Of a stretch of 64,000 bases of DNA, positions 11,201 to 23,176 are shown piece by piece. The notes beneath the pieces were generated by a model. The model was not told where the DNA came from, did no database searches, and saw only the letters and a program-made list of their open reading frames with translations. Numbering within the stretch: the first letter of the stretch is position 1; each line of letters starts with the position of its first letter. Made by a program: the position numbers and the translations under genes. The DNA is from Takakia lepidozioides (Eukaryota; Plantae; Bryophyta): the NCBI GenBank assembly GCA_030704615.1, contig CM060734.1, forward strand, positions 53,258,001-53,322,000, read 5' to 3'.

Positions 11201-14147
11201 TTTTGATCCCATCTTGTGTGATCACATGCCCCAAGAACTCCACTTTCGTGACCCCGAATTCGCACTTTGAAGCTTTGGCGTACAGCTTCCCTTCCCGCAA
11301 CTTTTGGAACACTCTTTTGAGGTGCTCCAAGTGCTCCTCCTTTGTTTTCGAGTACACCAAGATGTCGTTGATGTACACGATCACAAAGTCATCCAACCAC
11401 TCCTGAAAAAGGTTGTTCATCAGCGTGCTAAAGGTCGCAGGTGCATTAGTGAGCCCAAAAGGCATCACCAAGAACTCATATAAACCATACCTTGTCCTGC
11501 ACGCGGTCTTCTCCTCATCTCCTTCCGCCACCCGAATTTGATGATAACCGGAGCGCAAGTCGATCCGGCTGAAATACTTTGCTCCTGCCAACCGGTCGAA
11601 AAGGTCGTCGATCCTTAGCAAAGAGTACCAGTTTTTAATAGTCACCTTATTCAAAGCCCTGTAATCGACACACATCCGCAGCGTCCCATCCTTCTTGTCT
11701 GCGAATAGACCGGGGCTCCGTAAGGTGACTTACTCGGCCGGATGTACCCCTTTGACATTAGATCCTTGAGCTGAGTCTTCAACTCGACCAACTCCCTATG
11801 GCTCAACCGGTAGGGTGCCTTGGCAGGCGGTTCCGATCCCGGTTTCACCTCAATCTTGTGGTCAACTCCTCTTCGCGGTGGCAAGCCGCTTGGTAAATCC
11901 TCCGGCATCACATCATGGTATTTCTCCAAGATCATCTTGACCCAATCTGGGCTCGGCTCCCCATCGCCTTCTCCTTTCACTTCTCTAATGTAAAGCAAAA
12001 ACTGGGGCTCGTGTGCCTCCTCCACGGCCCACCCCATCCCTTGCTGACAGAAGGTTTATCGCCCCTCCCACGGATTTGGGCGTTTCCGACACTCGTAAGA
12101 CCTCGCCACCAATCCCACATGGCAGCGTGACTACTCTCTTGCGGCCATCTATGACCGCTCCGGATTTGCTCAAAAAGGTCATCCCCAAAATGAGATCCAC
12201 TCCACGATCTCGCCGATGGTTGAGTGGTGAAGTTCTCACGTCCTTCCCAACTCCCCAGTTGAAGATGAACATCAAAACGCCAACCTTGTCGCCAACTGTG
12301 GTTCTCCTTTGGCAGAACGCACCTCAATAGAGGCCCCCACGTCACTTGTCGGGAGTCCCAATTTTTGCGCCGCCGCCGGCGTCATTAAGGAGTGCGACGC
12401 TCCTGTGTCCACCAACAACGACACGTTAGTTCCGGATATTTTCCCATCCACGAACAATAATTGACTCCCTTTACGCAGGGCGCCAGTTTCCTGATACAAC
12501 TCACAAGAAATAGTTGCCTACCTTGCAAGTCCTGGCGACCACCGCTTCCACCAAGCGACTGATGTATCTTCTGACAGCTCCGTGGTTGCCCGAGTCATGT
12601 TCAATTGTCAAGGTTTCGTGCACTTCTTGGCCATGTGCCCGGGCTCCCCGCAATTGAAACACACTCCATCAAAGGTCGCCTTCTGTCCGCCATAAGCCGC
12701 TCCATCCGCTTTTCCTTTCGAAGCACTGGGTGCCGCCTTGACGTGTGAAGGCCCTCCCTTCGATTTCCACGTGCCATTGTCGCCGCGTGGCCTATCCCAC
12801 TTCTTTTCCGGTTGGAAGGAGTCACCTTCCCGCCGGGTCTTCTTGTGGTTCAGCTCCGTACGGCCTTGTCTCTCACCCTTAGGGACATCCGAAGAAACAT
12901 TCAGCCCTCTCAATTGCCTCGTCGTTCAAAGTCTTGGGTGGCTCTCCTCCAACTTCCGCCTGGCCCATGGGCCAGTCCCGCCACAAAGTTGAAGACCATT
13001 TCTGGTTCTGCCATGTCCGCGACTTCAAGCAACCGCACATTGAAAGCTTGGACAACCCCCGAATGTCATCTGTTTGCTTCAAATTCCTCATCTTGTCCCG
13101 GGCAAGCCAGGATGCGTTGAGGGGCACAAATTGTCTCTCACAATTCTTGAACCACTCCAGTTCAAGGTTTCCGGGCTTGGACCTCGGTCGTGAAGGCGTT
13201 TTCTTGCCACCATTGTTGAGCATAGCCCCTCAAATAGGTGGGAGCCACTTCCACCCGATCCTCGTCACTCAACTTGGCCGCCCGAGGAGGAATACTGCTC
13301 TGCTCTAGGAGCCAGGTGTTGAGTGCCTTCCGATTTCAGAAGCCCTCGAAGGTGCCGGGTTCCTTAGGCTTCACCTTAAACTTTGCCTTAGGTGGAAGTG
13401 GTATTAGCCGCTTCAACACGTCTCTCAACGTCCCGCCAAACTGCGCCAACTAACCCTTCCCAAAAGGCTGCCGGCATGGAGGCAGGCACTCTTGGTTTGT
13501 CGGAGCTCTCAAGGATTCCTCGGGCTCCGACTCCTCGGATTTCTCCCGCTCTTGAGCGGCCTCGTTTTCGGAAACATGCATCGCTTCCTCAAACGGCCGC
13601 CTCAGTGACACGTCGCCCCCATCGGGCTCACCAGGATCATCATCTTTTGGGCCATTCCGCTTTCGAAACTTGGAGCTTCGGCTGCTCACCGGGGCATAAC
13701 GGTCCCCCCTTGTTCTCCCAAAGAACCCTCCACCGATTTGGAACCAGCGGGAATTCCCTTTGGTAGGTTGGCAGTCCGGAACAGCTCCCCACTCTTTGGT
13801 CGCTTTCCGGCTCGCTCGCTTACTCACTAGTTTTTGGTCACCAACGGGCTTGCACCATTCTCGGGGTTACTACTCCCTATATATACTTCTGTAGCTGTCT
13901 GCGGGGGTTTCACAACCAGCCATGCAATGTTATGGCGAACCACCACGAAAACCCTCGACTCCCGGTGATGAGTCGCGGTGAGTCTTGGCCCACTCACCAC
14001 GGCCCCTATGGACCGTGATGAGTCCCAAGACTCCCCACGACTCCCACCACGAGGTCTCCGCCCCCATGGTGAGTCCTATGCCACCCCCACTAAGTCCCGC
14101 TAAGCTACCACCACCCCTTGTGGAGCCACTTGTGGAGCCACCCCCAC

Positions 14148-14317
14148 CGCAACCCGGTGTGCGGGGCTCCACCTAGTAAGCGCCTCCGCTTCCCTGAGTG
14201 CCTTGGGCACTCAAGGGTGCTTCAGCCCCCTCATACCTATCGCTGCCGCTGCCCCCACCACAGGGGCAGCCCCTCATGTGTCCCGACCCCCTGCCCTCAA
14301 TGCAAAGGGCCGCGACA
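14148..14317 (-). repeat. Second copy of the terminal direct repeat
   Basis: cgcaacccggtgtgcgggg...gggccgcgaca. Confidence 0.85.
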
Positions 14318-14330
14318 TATACCTTCTGAC

Positions 14331-17300
14331 TGCATATCGTTGGCAGTTATTGCGCAAAGGCCAGGGGCCGCATTCCGGAGACAAGGTTCATTAACACTCT
14401 GACTGGATTTTTGGGAGAGTGGGCGCCTCGGATTCGTGAATAGGCTTCGTAAATCGGAAAAATTGGACTTGCATTCCTTCCCCTCGCTGCATCCCCCCTT
14501 CTCCCAGGGCGCTTGCCTGAACGCCGTCCTGGCAGTCTTGTGTGCATATCTCTTGGACACCGCTCGGAGCTGGCTGGGCTGGACTAGAGCAAGTTCGCAA
14601 TTAAATCCGTTACATGCCTTCCCGCAGACGTCGACGGTAATATGTTCTTTGAGTTCCCTCCTCGAACGGACTATTCGAGGGCGTCCGGAATGTTGTCAGA
14701 TATGGATAGGAAACATGACGGTCATCCTTGATGCGTCACCAAAACCACCAGCATGAAGATGCTCGATGGTGTGTGGGTGCGCTACGTTGTTTGTGCGGGC
14801 GCGTTGCGGTGTTTCTCCCCAACTTGCTTCCACTTTAAATCCAGAGGTCACAGGAATGAGACGGATGGGACAGGCACAACTCATCAACCATTTCGAGCTC
14901 AGGAGAAGGTTCCAAACTCCACATTTAAGTGTGCGCATTGCAAAGAACCACCGCTTTGCAGGTCTGTTTGTAATGTCAAGCAGTTCTATGTGTTGCACCG
15001 TTTCCTTGACCTCACATGAGCTTGCATACACGTTGGTTCCCATTGTCACAAATTCGCGAGGGGAAACTCGCGGGAGGCTGCCCACGAGGCAGAGCAGCTC
15101 GTTTAGGAGGAGGTCAAGTTGAGACCTAGTGCCAAACCCAAACAGATACTGCTGCAGGGTGCCCATAAGATGGCATTGGCCAGAATTATGTCTGAAGACG
15201 GCTCCGACAGAGTTCCTCTCGATGAGAAGAAAATGGAGGCATTGCTGGAGTCAGTGTCCTACGTCTGTTCACCAAATGTCCAAAACCACATTGTCTCCTG
15301 CAAATAGAAAATTGGGCGTGGCTCGGATATGCACTCCATTCTGGAGGTGAAGCGACGATGTGGATATGACTACATTCATGGGAGTAGGTTTCCAGGACAA
15401 GGGACTGAGGCAGATCGTTGTTTCGTATTCAAAATGTCCATGTGTGGGCCTGGCAGCGGCGTTGAACTGGTTGACCGGAGGACGAGTAGGGACTTGTCAA
15501 ACAGTTGGGTCATGTTCGACCATATCAAGCGAATTACAAATCACCAGTGGGTGACAATGGGTGCACATGTCTACGACACCCACTGCAGGATGCTAATGAC
15601 AATTGCTATTTGTGAGATGAAAGGAGAGGACACACAATCGAAGATGCTTCTTTGGCAGGGAATAAACGAACAGATGGCCAGGGCGGGATTGCCCCCTCCC
15701 AATTTCTGTGGTTTCATGGCGGACAACACACACACAAATTGGGCTGCCATCCAAAGGGTATATGGGGAAGACCCCAATGTTCCGACGGAAGGCAAGGAGA
15801 GATCTTGTGGGTTCCATTTTCTACAGAGCTTGTCGCAGTACACAACTAGGCTCATGGCGCCAGATTTCAGAGAGGAGCACCGCGTGCTCCCACCTTGGAT
15901 GATGCAGAGACACAGTTTGCATGTAAACAGGCTTGGTGGACAACGTCAGGTGCTGTAAAGAAATCAGACGAGGGAGCAATGGTCAGTTGGCTAGCATGGT
16001 GGCATTATTGTTTCCTCTAGTTTGGTGACTATATGCGGGAGGTGAGTTGGACGAATTCGTGTCCCGTTGAATATTATGCTAGTCTTTACTTGTAACTTGC
16101 TTATAACCTCAGCATGTGCATGTGCAGGAAATGTGTCTCGACTCCGACACCGACATGCCGACAACAAACATGGCCGAATCAGTACATTCTTCCTGGCGTG
16201 CCTCCTCTGTGGCGCATCTGGTGGACATCCTCACTGCCACAACGGAGGACATTGTGAGGTCAATTATGCAGCAATGCAGGTACAACGAGTTCTTGAAAGG
16301 GAAACAGTGGGGCTTGGGGCTGGAAAGGCAGGAAATGCTGATGCGGACTGCCTCCAGATCAAAGAATCCTCAGAAGTGGGCGGCAGCCTTGCGAGAGGGC
16401 CTTCGGGACACGCCATTGCTTTGAAGAGGCCAACGCTTGGAAGGAGATGTTCACACCCGTCCAGTGAGACGAAGACTTGACGAGGCACCTAGCGGAGAAG
16501 AGGATTCATGGCGAGCTGACAAGAATATTCACACGCTCCCTTGTGATCCCCTGATGTTGCCTGAGGAGGTCTCATCGAGCACCGCAAAGTCCTACACGTT
16601 CAAGATCGTCATCTCCTTTGAGCACAGGGCACGTGTCCGAGGAACATAACGAGCCATCTGTAGTAACACAGTCCAACATACCCATTGTGGAGACAAGAGT
16701 GTCGGAGTCACAGTGGAGAATTGCAAGGACATTGCCGGCATTTCGAGGGAAGTGATGCGCCATCCGGGTGGATACGAGAGCACGCTGTGGTGAGATGATT
16801 CGGAGGAACCCACACGGTGTTGTACCTGCACCTTGTTTCAGCGACAGATTTTTGACTCCCACATTTTCTCACGCCACAAACGCAGACGTTTTGGTTATGT
16901 AGGCACGACATAATGACCTGTGTATTTGGCAAGCCCAAGTACGGGATTCAAGGAATGCCGGAGCCTCCGGGCGTCTGGCCTGTTGCACCGGGTTGCAACC
17001 TCTCTCAGAATGAGGCGGATGCTCTTTCTGCAGCAGGATTTTGAATGGTGCAATGCACAGACGTCCCGGCCCACTCATTTCCAGTTCCTCAGACCCAGCC
17101 ATTGCAGACTGCTCGGTCCAGTAGAGACGGATTGGACAATTCTGCACATCCCACAATGCGATTCGGAAGAGTGAAGAGACGACACCCTCCCAACAAGTTG
17201 AATGAGACTCGGATTGTTAATGCTCTTGGGATGGCTTGCACTATTTAGAGCTCCGTGGACGTACCCCCACCCGGCCTTGGGCGTGTTTATCGGATGGCAA

Positions 17301-17548
17301 CGGCCGGCTCAGCTGTACGTGACAACGTATACACAATTACGATTGGAGTGGAGCCGACTTACAATTGTACGGACTTCTCGTTGATGGAAGCAAAGAAGGG
17401 GTCAAAGTATTATCCGTGCAAGCATCTGTATTACATTTACCTGAAGAGGTTGAGGATGAACTTGACTATTGATGACTTTATTCATGCACCAGCGTTGAGC
17501 GTGAACGAGTTGCACAAACTCCTCCACCGGGATTCCAGAAATCATTGA
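14331..17548 (+). pseudogene. MULE transposase with SWIM zinc finger, fragmented (5' part at ~7980-8060)
   Basis: GFMADNTHTNWAAIQRVYG...SCGFHFLQSL (MULE domain, ORF 15329-15958), TTNMAESVH (16116-16424) and YNCTDF...PCKHLYYI (SWIM, 17255-17548). Stops and frameshifts present. Confidence 0.75.
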
Positions 17549-17819
17549 TGGGGCAAAGGGAATCCACCATATGGATATTTGCAATTGCATTTTGATGCAT
17601 TAGCCTTGCAGTGTAATGAAATGCATCCCAAAACTCCTGGAACGAGACAGACAATATTAAAGTGATGTCTTTTAAATACTATGGACTGCTGGATATCCGT
17701 TGACGTCCAGTGGCAATTCAATGTCGAAACAGAATCAATACAAAGATGGCGGCAGGAAAAATTGGCAAATCTTCCAGAAACCTGAGTTCCAACAGTTGCA
17801 GTTGTGGGGGTCATTTCTG

Positions 17820-18125
17820 GAAAAATGGCGCCGAATTTCCCTATTTTGGGCCGAAAACTGGCTAAATCCAACGATGTCTGGAAAAATGGCTCCGAATTTC
17901 CAATTACATAGCCCAGAACTGCCCAACAGCTGTGTAATCCCCGGCACCATGTACCGAAATTCGGCGCCACATTTCCAAATTTTGGGCTTACACTTCAATC
18001 ATGTTGGGACCTATAACCGTGAAATTCGGCACCATTTTTCGCCGGAGACACCTATTACCGCGAAATACGTCGCCGATTTCTCCGGTTGCGGAACCTATTA
18101 CCGCGAAATTCGGCGCCATTTTTGC
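17820..18125 (+). repeat. MULE subterminal repeats (cgaaattcggcgcca(t)ttt-like)
   Basis: Several copies at ~17955, 18020, 18060 and 18103, plus an inverted copy at ~17822. Confidence 0.65.
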
Positions 18126-19710
18126 ACATGTCGCTCAGAATTCGCATGAGCGGAAGACGAAATATCATGAGCACGGCTTTCAAAACTACAATTTCTACTT
18201 CAAACGATGAATATTATATTGGTTTTTTTGACACATTCCATTCAAATAATGTTTTTTAATGTTTTTTATTTCCAGAATTTGTACTTCTGCTCATGAAAAC
18301 CGATTGTCTTACTATTCCGCTCATGCCGCTCATGCTCATGAAATAGCTAACCTCCATGTATTAGTATTGGAGCCGTTGTAAATGCCTGCTTCAGCCTTTC
18401 AAATGCTTGGTGAGCCTTCTCGTCCCATACAAATTTGTCCTTCCCTGTGAGTCGTGTCAATGGTGTAGCAATTTTGGAGTAGTCCTTGACGAAGATTCTA
18501 TAGACATTTGCAAATCCTAGAAAACATTGTACATCTCGAACCGAAGTTGGTTTAATCCACTCGATGATGGTTTGTATTTTCTTCTGATCCATAAATACTC
18601 CTTTGTCGGAAATAATGTAGCCCAAAAATTCGACCTCAGATTGGTGCTACTGTGACTGGACATCTTCGTTTTCCGACCTCCTCGTATCGAACACTTGAGT
18701 TGTGCCCCGAGCTTTGAATCTTCTCTTGTTGGGGCAGTTTAATGCTATGTGATCATCTTCTCCGCAATAAAGGCATAAACCATTCGAGCGCCGTCTTTGT
18801 TTTTCTTGTGGCGTCAATGGCTTGAATCGGACAACATCAATCTGCATAGGATCATTACCGGATGTCTGATGGATCGTTATGTTTGGTGTCGTAGTAGTAG
18901 CGGTATGGTGTGTCGTCGACCATCCAGATCGCTTCTCTTGACGTCTTTCGAACAAACGATTATCGCATGCAATGACTTGGGTGATGAATTCGTTCAGTGT
19001 ACTCACGTTTGGCATTGTCAGCAACAAATCTTTTACATCATCTTTTAGCCTACATCGAAACTGACTAATGAGGCTCTTCTCATTCCAGTCGAGGTCGCAC
19101 GCAAGTTGTCAAAATTCGGCAGCATAAGCGGAAGCATGACGTGCTCTTTGTCAAAGATTTCGCATCTTTGTCTCTGCAACTCTCTCTCTCTATCATTCTC
19201 TCCAATCGTTGCAGTGAACTCGGACATGAATGCTTCAAAATTATATATTAAATGCGATTTTTTTTTTCTAATAGCGGTGCAAACCAAGATAGGGCAGTGC
19301 CTGATAGAAGGGTACCCACAAATCTCACTTGAATACATTCATCGGTAGCGTTGTGGATGTAGTCGTAGGAACAGTCGTACTTGTTGAACAAAACCGCGAA
19401 ATCTTGATCTCGTCCCATCAAATTTCTAGGGCATGCTGATCTTTGGTTCTCTTATAATCTGTTGAAGATTAACTGTTGCAGTAGGAGCTGTTGCAGTAGG
19501 GACTCGTATGGTTGAAGATCCATTGTTCGACTCCTTTAACTTTGAAATTTGTTGTTGCAAATTGTGGAGAGCGTTGCCAAGATCTTTAGACTGATCAGCT
19601 TGCAATTGGGTGGTAGAGGTACGAAGTTCTTGCATCTGGAGCTGAAGACTCTGCAATGTGGCGACCATTTCCGCAAATGTGCCTTCCATCTTAACTAACT
19701 AAGGAACAAA

Positions 19711-19725
19711 CTTTAGTCTCGCCAA
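19711..19725 (-). promoter_or_regulatory. Self-priming-type primer binding site
   Basis: Minus-strand ttggcgagactaaag lies just inside the 5' LTR boundary. It is complementary to the LTR segment read at 3900-3914 (15/15) and 20007-20021 (14/15), ~20-27 nt downstream of the TATA box. Confidence 0.75.
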
Positions 19726-19727
19726 AC

Positions 19728-20366
19728 TGTCAAGGACGAGAACATGACTAAACACAAACAAGAGGTCAGACTAGAGGTACAAGACTAAACAAGAAGTCAA
19801 GGTCGGCGTGGCTGAATGCACGATGAGTAAATAGGAACCAAAATGATCTTTATAACAATGAACAAGAGTACAAGATATTGGAACACGACTTGAATACTGG
19901 AATGCTGGAAACTGGACTAGAGTACCAGATACTGGAAACTGGGCTAGGGTACTGGGAACTGGACTGGAGTACTGGAAATTGGAAACAAGAGTAGCTTGAA
20001 CTGGTGTTGGCGAGACTGAAGAGTGTCCAGTCTCGCCTCCTATATATACTGGCTACTAAGAAGCTTCCCCTATGGAGGTTTTTTGCTGAAGAAGTTTCCA
20101 AGATTAAACAAAGGTTTCTTGATGGAGAAGCTTCCTTAAACAAAAGAGGTATTTTGATGGAGAAGTTTCCTCCAAGGGAAGCTTCCTGAGCAGTTTCTCA
20201 AGTTACTCTTGGTAATTTGATAAACTCCCGGTAACTTGGTAGGTAATGATAAATCATGGTAGATTATGGTAAATCACGGTAAGTCATGGTAATTTTCGGT
20301 AACATGATAACTTTGTAACTTCTGGTATTTACTCTTAGTAAGTTCTTCTGGGCTATGTCCGTGACA
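19728..20366 (-). repeat. 5' LTR of the outer chromovirus
   Basis: tgtcaaggac...tccgtgaca (TG..CA ends); TATATATA at 20041-20048. Confidence 0.92.
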
Positions 20367-20599
20367 GCAACATTCACAGCTGCAGTGAGTTGGCCTGGAG
20401 AGTTGCTAGAGAGCAACGCTCATTCAGAGGATGTGTCACCTCCGGGAGAGCAGGATGATATGTATGTATGGCGGAGCTGCCTGCCATGGTTGCTTACACT
20501 CCATTGTGGGGCTCGAGCAAGGATTTGCAGCGGGTTGCTGATTGTCGTGTGCAACAAGCCTGGGTAGAGGCTTTTGTACCATTATGAGAGGAGGACAGT

Positions 20600-23176
20600 G
20601 CGGGGAGTTCCAAAATTCTGCTCTGTCAGTAGAATTGTTGGGTGCATAGATATTCACCAGCCCAGTCGGACCTGTTGAGTTGGGTAGGGATAAGGCACAA
20701 AATTGCAATCTTCCGGGGAGCCAGGTGTCCTGCGTAGTGAGGAACGGTTGAATTATAGGTGAAAGAAGTATTGCAGTGCCTCCTTTCGCACTCGTGGAAG
20801 TGGGCTTCCATAAGGAGTTTGCTAATGGCCATAGATAATCAGAGAGGCTATCTATTTTCCCTTGATCTAGTTTATGCTCCTGCAAAAATATGATGGAGTG
20901 ATTTGCAAGGAAGGGAGTCAGCCATGTTTTGATTTTCAGCCTTTTTAGAGAAGCTGGGTCTGCTCCCAACCCTCTTATATTCCATGAATGGAGGTTAAAG
21001 ATCATTGGCAGGTCAAGGTAGGCTGAGGCTGACAGTCTCATTTGATAGCCTAGAAGTGTGGTATAAGAATTTAACCCTAATGTCTCTTGGTCGCAGGGAA
21101 TTTTTTCAGACATAATTGTCTGGGGGCTTGCGAGTTTTGTTCTGGATAAGTATGAAAACCCCTCTTGGTTTTGTGTTTTTGGGTATTTCATGGGATGAAA
21201 GGAATTGTTCTGTAGACACTGTGGAGATGGTTACAGATAAAACTGAGGCTTCATCCGAGAAGAACACTGCGTTGAAAAGATCATTAAAACTAGGGTATCT
21301 CTCACTGATTGAGCCATCGGAGGGAAGAGTTCCAGAGGGTATGTTCTCTGGCAAATCAAACACTGGTAGCCTATGTCTGACCTGCTTCCCCCCCACATAT
21401 TTCTCTTTCTCGCATAACATCCAACATCTAGCAGGGTTCCCAGATAAGACCTGATAAATGAAACAGGGTGAGAGAGAGGATGGTACCTTGTTTGGGGAAG
21501 GTGGAGAGGAGGGAGTTAAGACCTTGGGTGGAGAAGTCACTTGAGAGCTCGGCAGCGAATTAGCCTGGGTTGTGTCAATGATTGTTGGGGAGGATACTTG
21601 TTTGGCTCCTTTCACCGAGTCCATCATGTTGTGATTCCCCTCTTGCGTAGAAGATTCCACCTGGGAGTCGGAGGAAGAGTGAGAGTGATCTGTCCGCCTG
21701 GTGCCATTAATATGATCTCTTGTCCTTTGAACCTCCATTCTGTAATTTTCCCCATCCACTTTAGAGTCCAAGAGGGCTCCCAGCAACTGAAACCCATTTA
21801 TCAGGGTATCCTGGTTTTGAATTTGCAAACTGTGACTCCCTCTGAGGGCTGAGAGCAGATTCTCGTAAGTCTAGACAGCCTCGATCGGTGGGGGAGAGGC
21901 ATATATTTATGCATCCTCATGAGAGCTAGAATGTGGGTTGAGGGTTTGACACTAAGTCCAGGATATTCTTCCATGTATGCCCCCCATGAGATTTTGATGA
22001 GGGGTGACAGTGAATAATGTTTTTGTTGCTTGAGGAAGAACTACTGAATTTTCCCTTTGAACATAATTTGCGAATTGGTATTGGGTGAGTTGTGAACAAC
22101 CCGGTTCTCGCTCGTCTTCATTGATGGGTTCGGCTCTGGATTTACTTCGTTGCGGACTTCTCTATTTGAGGTACCCACTCTCTGATTCACGGATTGTTTC
22201 GTGGAAAGCACCAGGATAGAAGGCGCATTTGGCGGGCAAATGAAGTCCCCAACAGCCCTGTATATGACGTTGTCCGATGGTGGAACTCGCCATTCCCTGC
22301 CATCGCCGAAATCATCGTGGAGCACAACAATACTTTCGACAACAACTCCGTTTGAATCCTTCCTTTCCTCTTCCAAAATACCGACCCCGGTTTCAGGTGG
22401 TATCGAACGCAAAGATATATCTCCATCACCCGGCAAATCTCCCCTCTGCACGGAAATGTAGCTCTATGCTCGTGAGGAGGGCAGTACACTATAGCGCTCG
22501 GGTTTTCTGTGGGAATGAGCCGATTTGGAGACAATTGTTAGCAAACCTGGAATTACAAGCAATTCCAGTGGTGATTTTGGGGAAGGAATTACTGGTAGGG
22601 AGTGTCAATTTGACTACTCTTGGGGGTGAGCTATCCTGATGCTTTCCTTTTCCTTGGCCGATAGATGCCCCCTGCTGCTGTGTATCCGTAAGTTTCCCTT
22701 TCCCTTTTGTGATGGCATTCATCTGTTGTTGGTGGGCCATCAGCTCTTCCTGCATCGGATCCTTGGGTGTCTCCTCTGCCATGATCTGAGCTGTAGAGGG
22801 TCTTTTGGTATTTTGTACCGGGTTTGCTGCCCTCCGGGAATTGTTACAGGCCCGGGTTGTGGTGTGGGAGACTGTAATTCCTGCCAGTGATCCGCTGCTG
22901 ATTCTGGGCCCCCTCCTTGTTCTTGTCTTCATGGTTTGGATGTGGTCATGGGCTGGGTTCGCTTGCGCTTGGCTGCCAGGCAGTCAATTCTGAGATGTCC
23001 CAACTGGCCACAGTTGAAGCAAGCCGCATAGGTGGTATCCTCTATGAGCTGGATTGTAAAGTAATTACCCTCCTCATCTATTGGCAGTTTGACAAATTGC
23101 GGGAGAATATCCTCATCCGGCATCATCAAGACAAATTTGTGACCTCGACTCCCTGCAACCAACAGAAGAACAAACA
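20600..23176 (-). mobile_element. L1-clade LINE, inverted 5' segment (ORF1 plus start of the APE endonuclease)
   Basis: ORF1 CFNCGQLGHLRIDC knuckle (22929-23177, minus). Endonuclease SWNIRGL...IIFLQEHKL...VNIYAPN (20436-21191, minus). Confidence 0.8.

Larger units (their letters stand above)
8061..14326 (-). mobile_element. Ty3/gypsy chromovirus (Galadriel-like), defective, nested in the MULE
   Basis: gag with CFNCGEPGHMAKKC (12608-12913); protease LVDTGASHS (12272-12499); RT-RNase H-integrase 9807-12037; GPF/chromodomain 9120-9551. Terminal direct repeats 8061-8213 and 14148-14317. The empty site reconstructs as agaaatgactgcatatcg. Confidence 0.85.
6805..18355 (+). mobile_element. Mutator-like element (MULE) inserted at the RT/RNase H junction of the chromovirus
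   Basis: Short imperfect TIRs (gctatttcatgagc at ~6810 and its reverse complement at ~18334-18347). Degenerate 9-bp TSD atgtaccgg (6796-6804) / atgtattag (18356-18364). Host peptide APILIH|SDPSRPF rejoins across the element. Confidence 0.8.
3641..20366 (-). mobile_element. Ty3/gypsy chromovirus (Tcn1/Tf1-like), defective, containing nested insertions
   Basis: Paired LTRs; PPT at 4263-4275 (minus strand ggaggaggggtga). gag 18647-19689 with CLYCGEDDHIALNC knuckle; RT end 18356-18646; RNase H ~6088-6800 (EADASDFA); integrase 5369-6097; GPF/chromodomain 4874-5302. Degenerate TSD acagc (3636-3640) / gcaac (20367-20371). Confidence 0.9.

Noticed and set aside
10078-11406. Plus-strand ORFs up to 232 aa
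   Set aside because: Antisense to the retrotransposon pol.
13840-13860. tggtgcaagcc (minus strand) as a possible tRNA PBS for the inner chromovirus
   Set aside because: Not adjacent to a CA-terminated LTR, and the match to a tRNA 3' end is too short to support.
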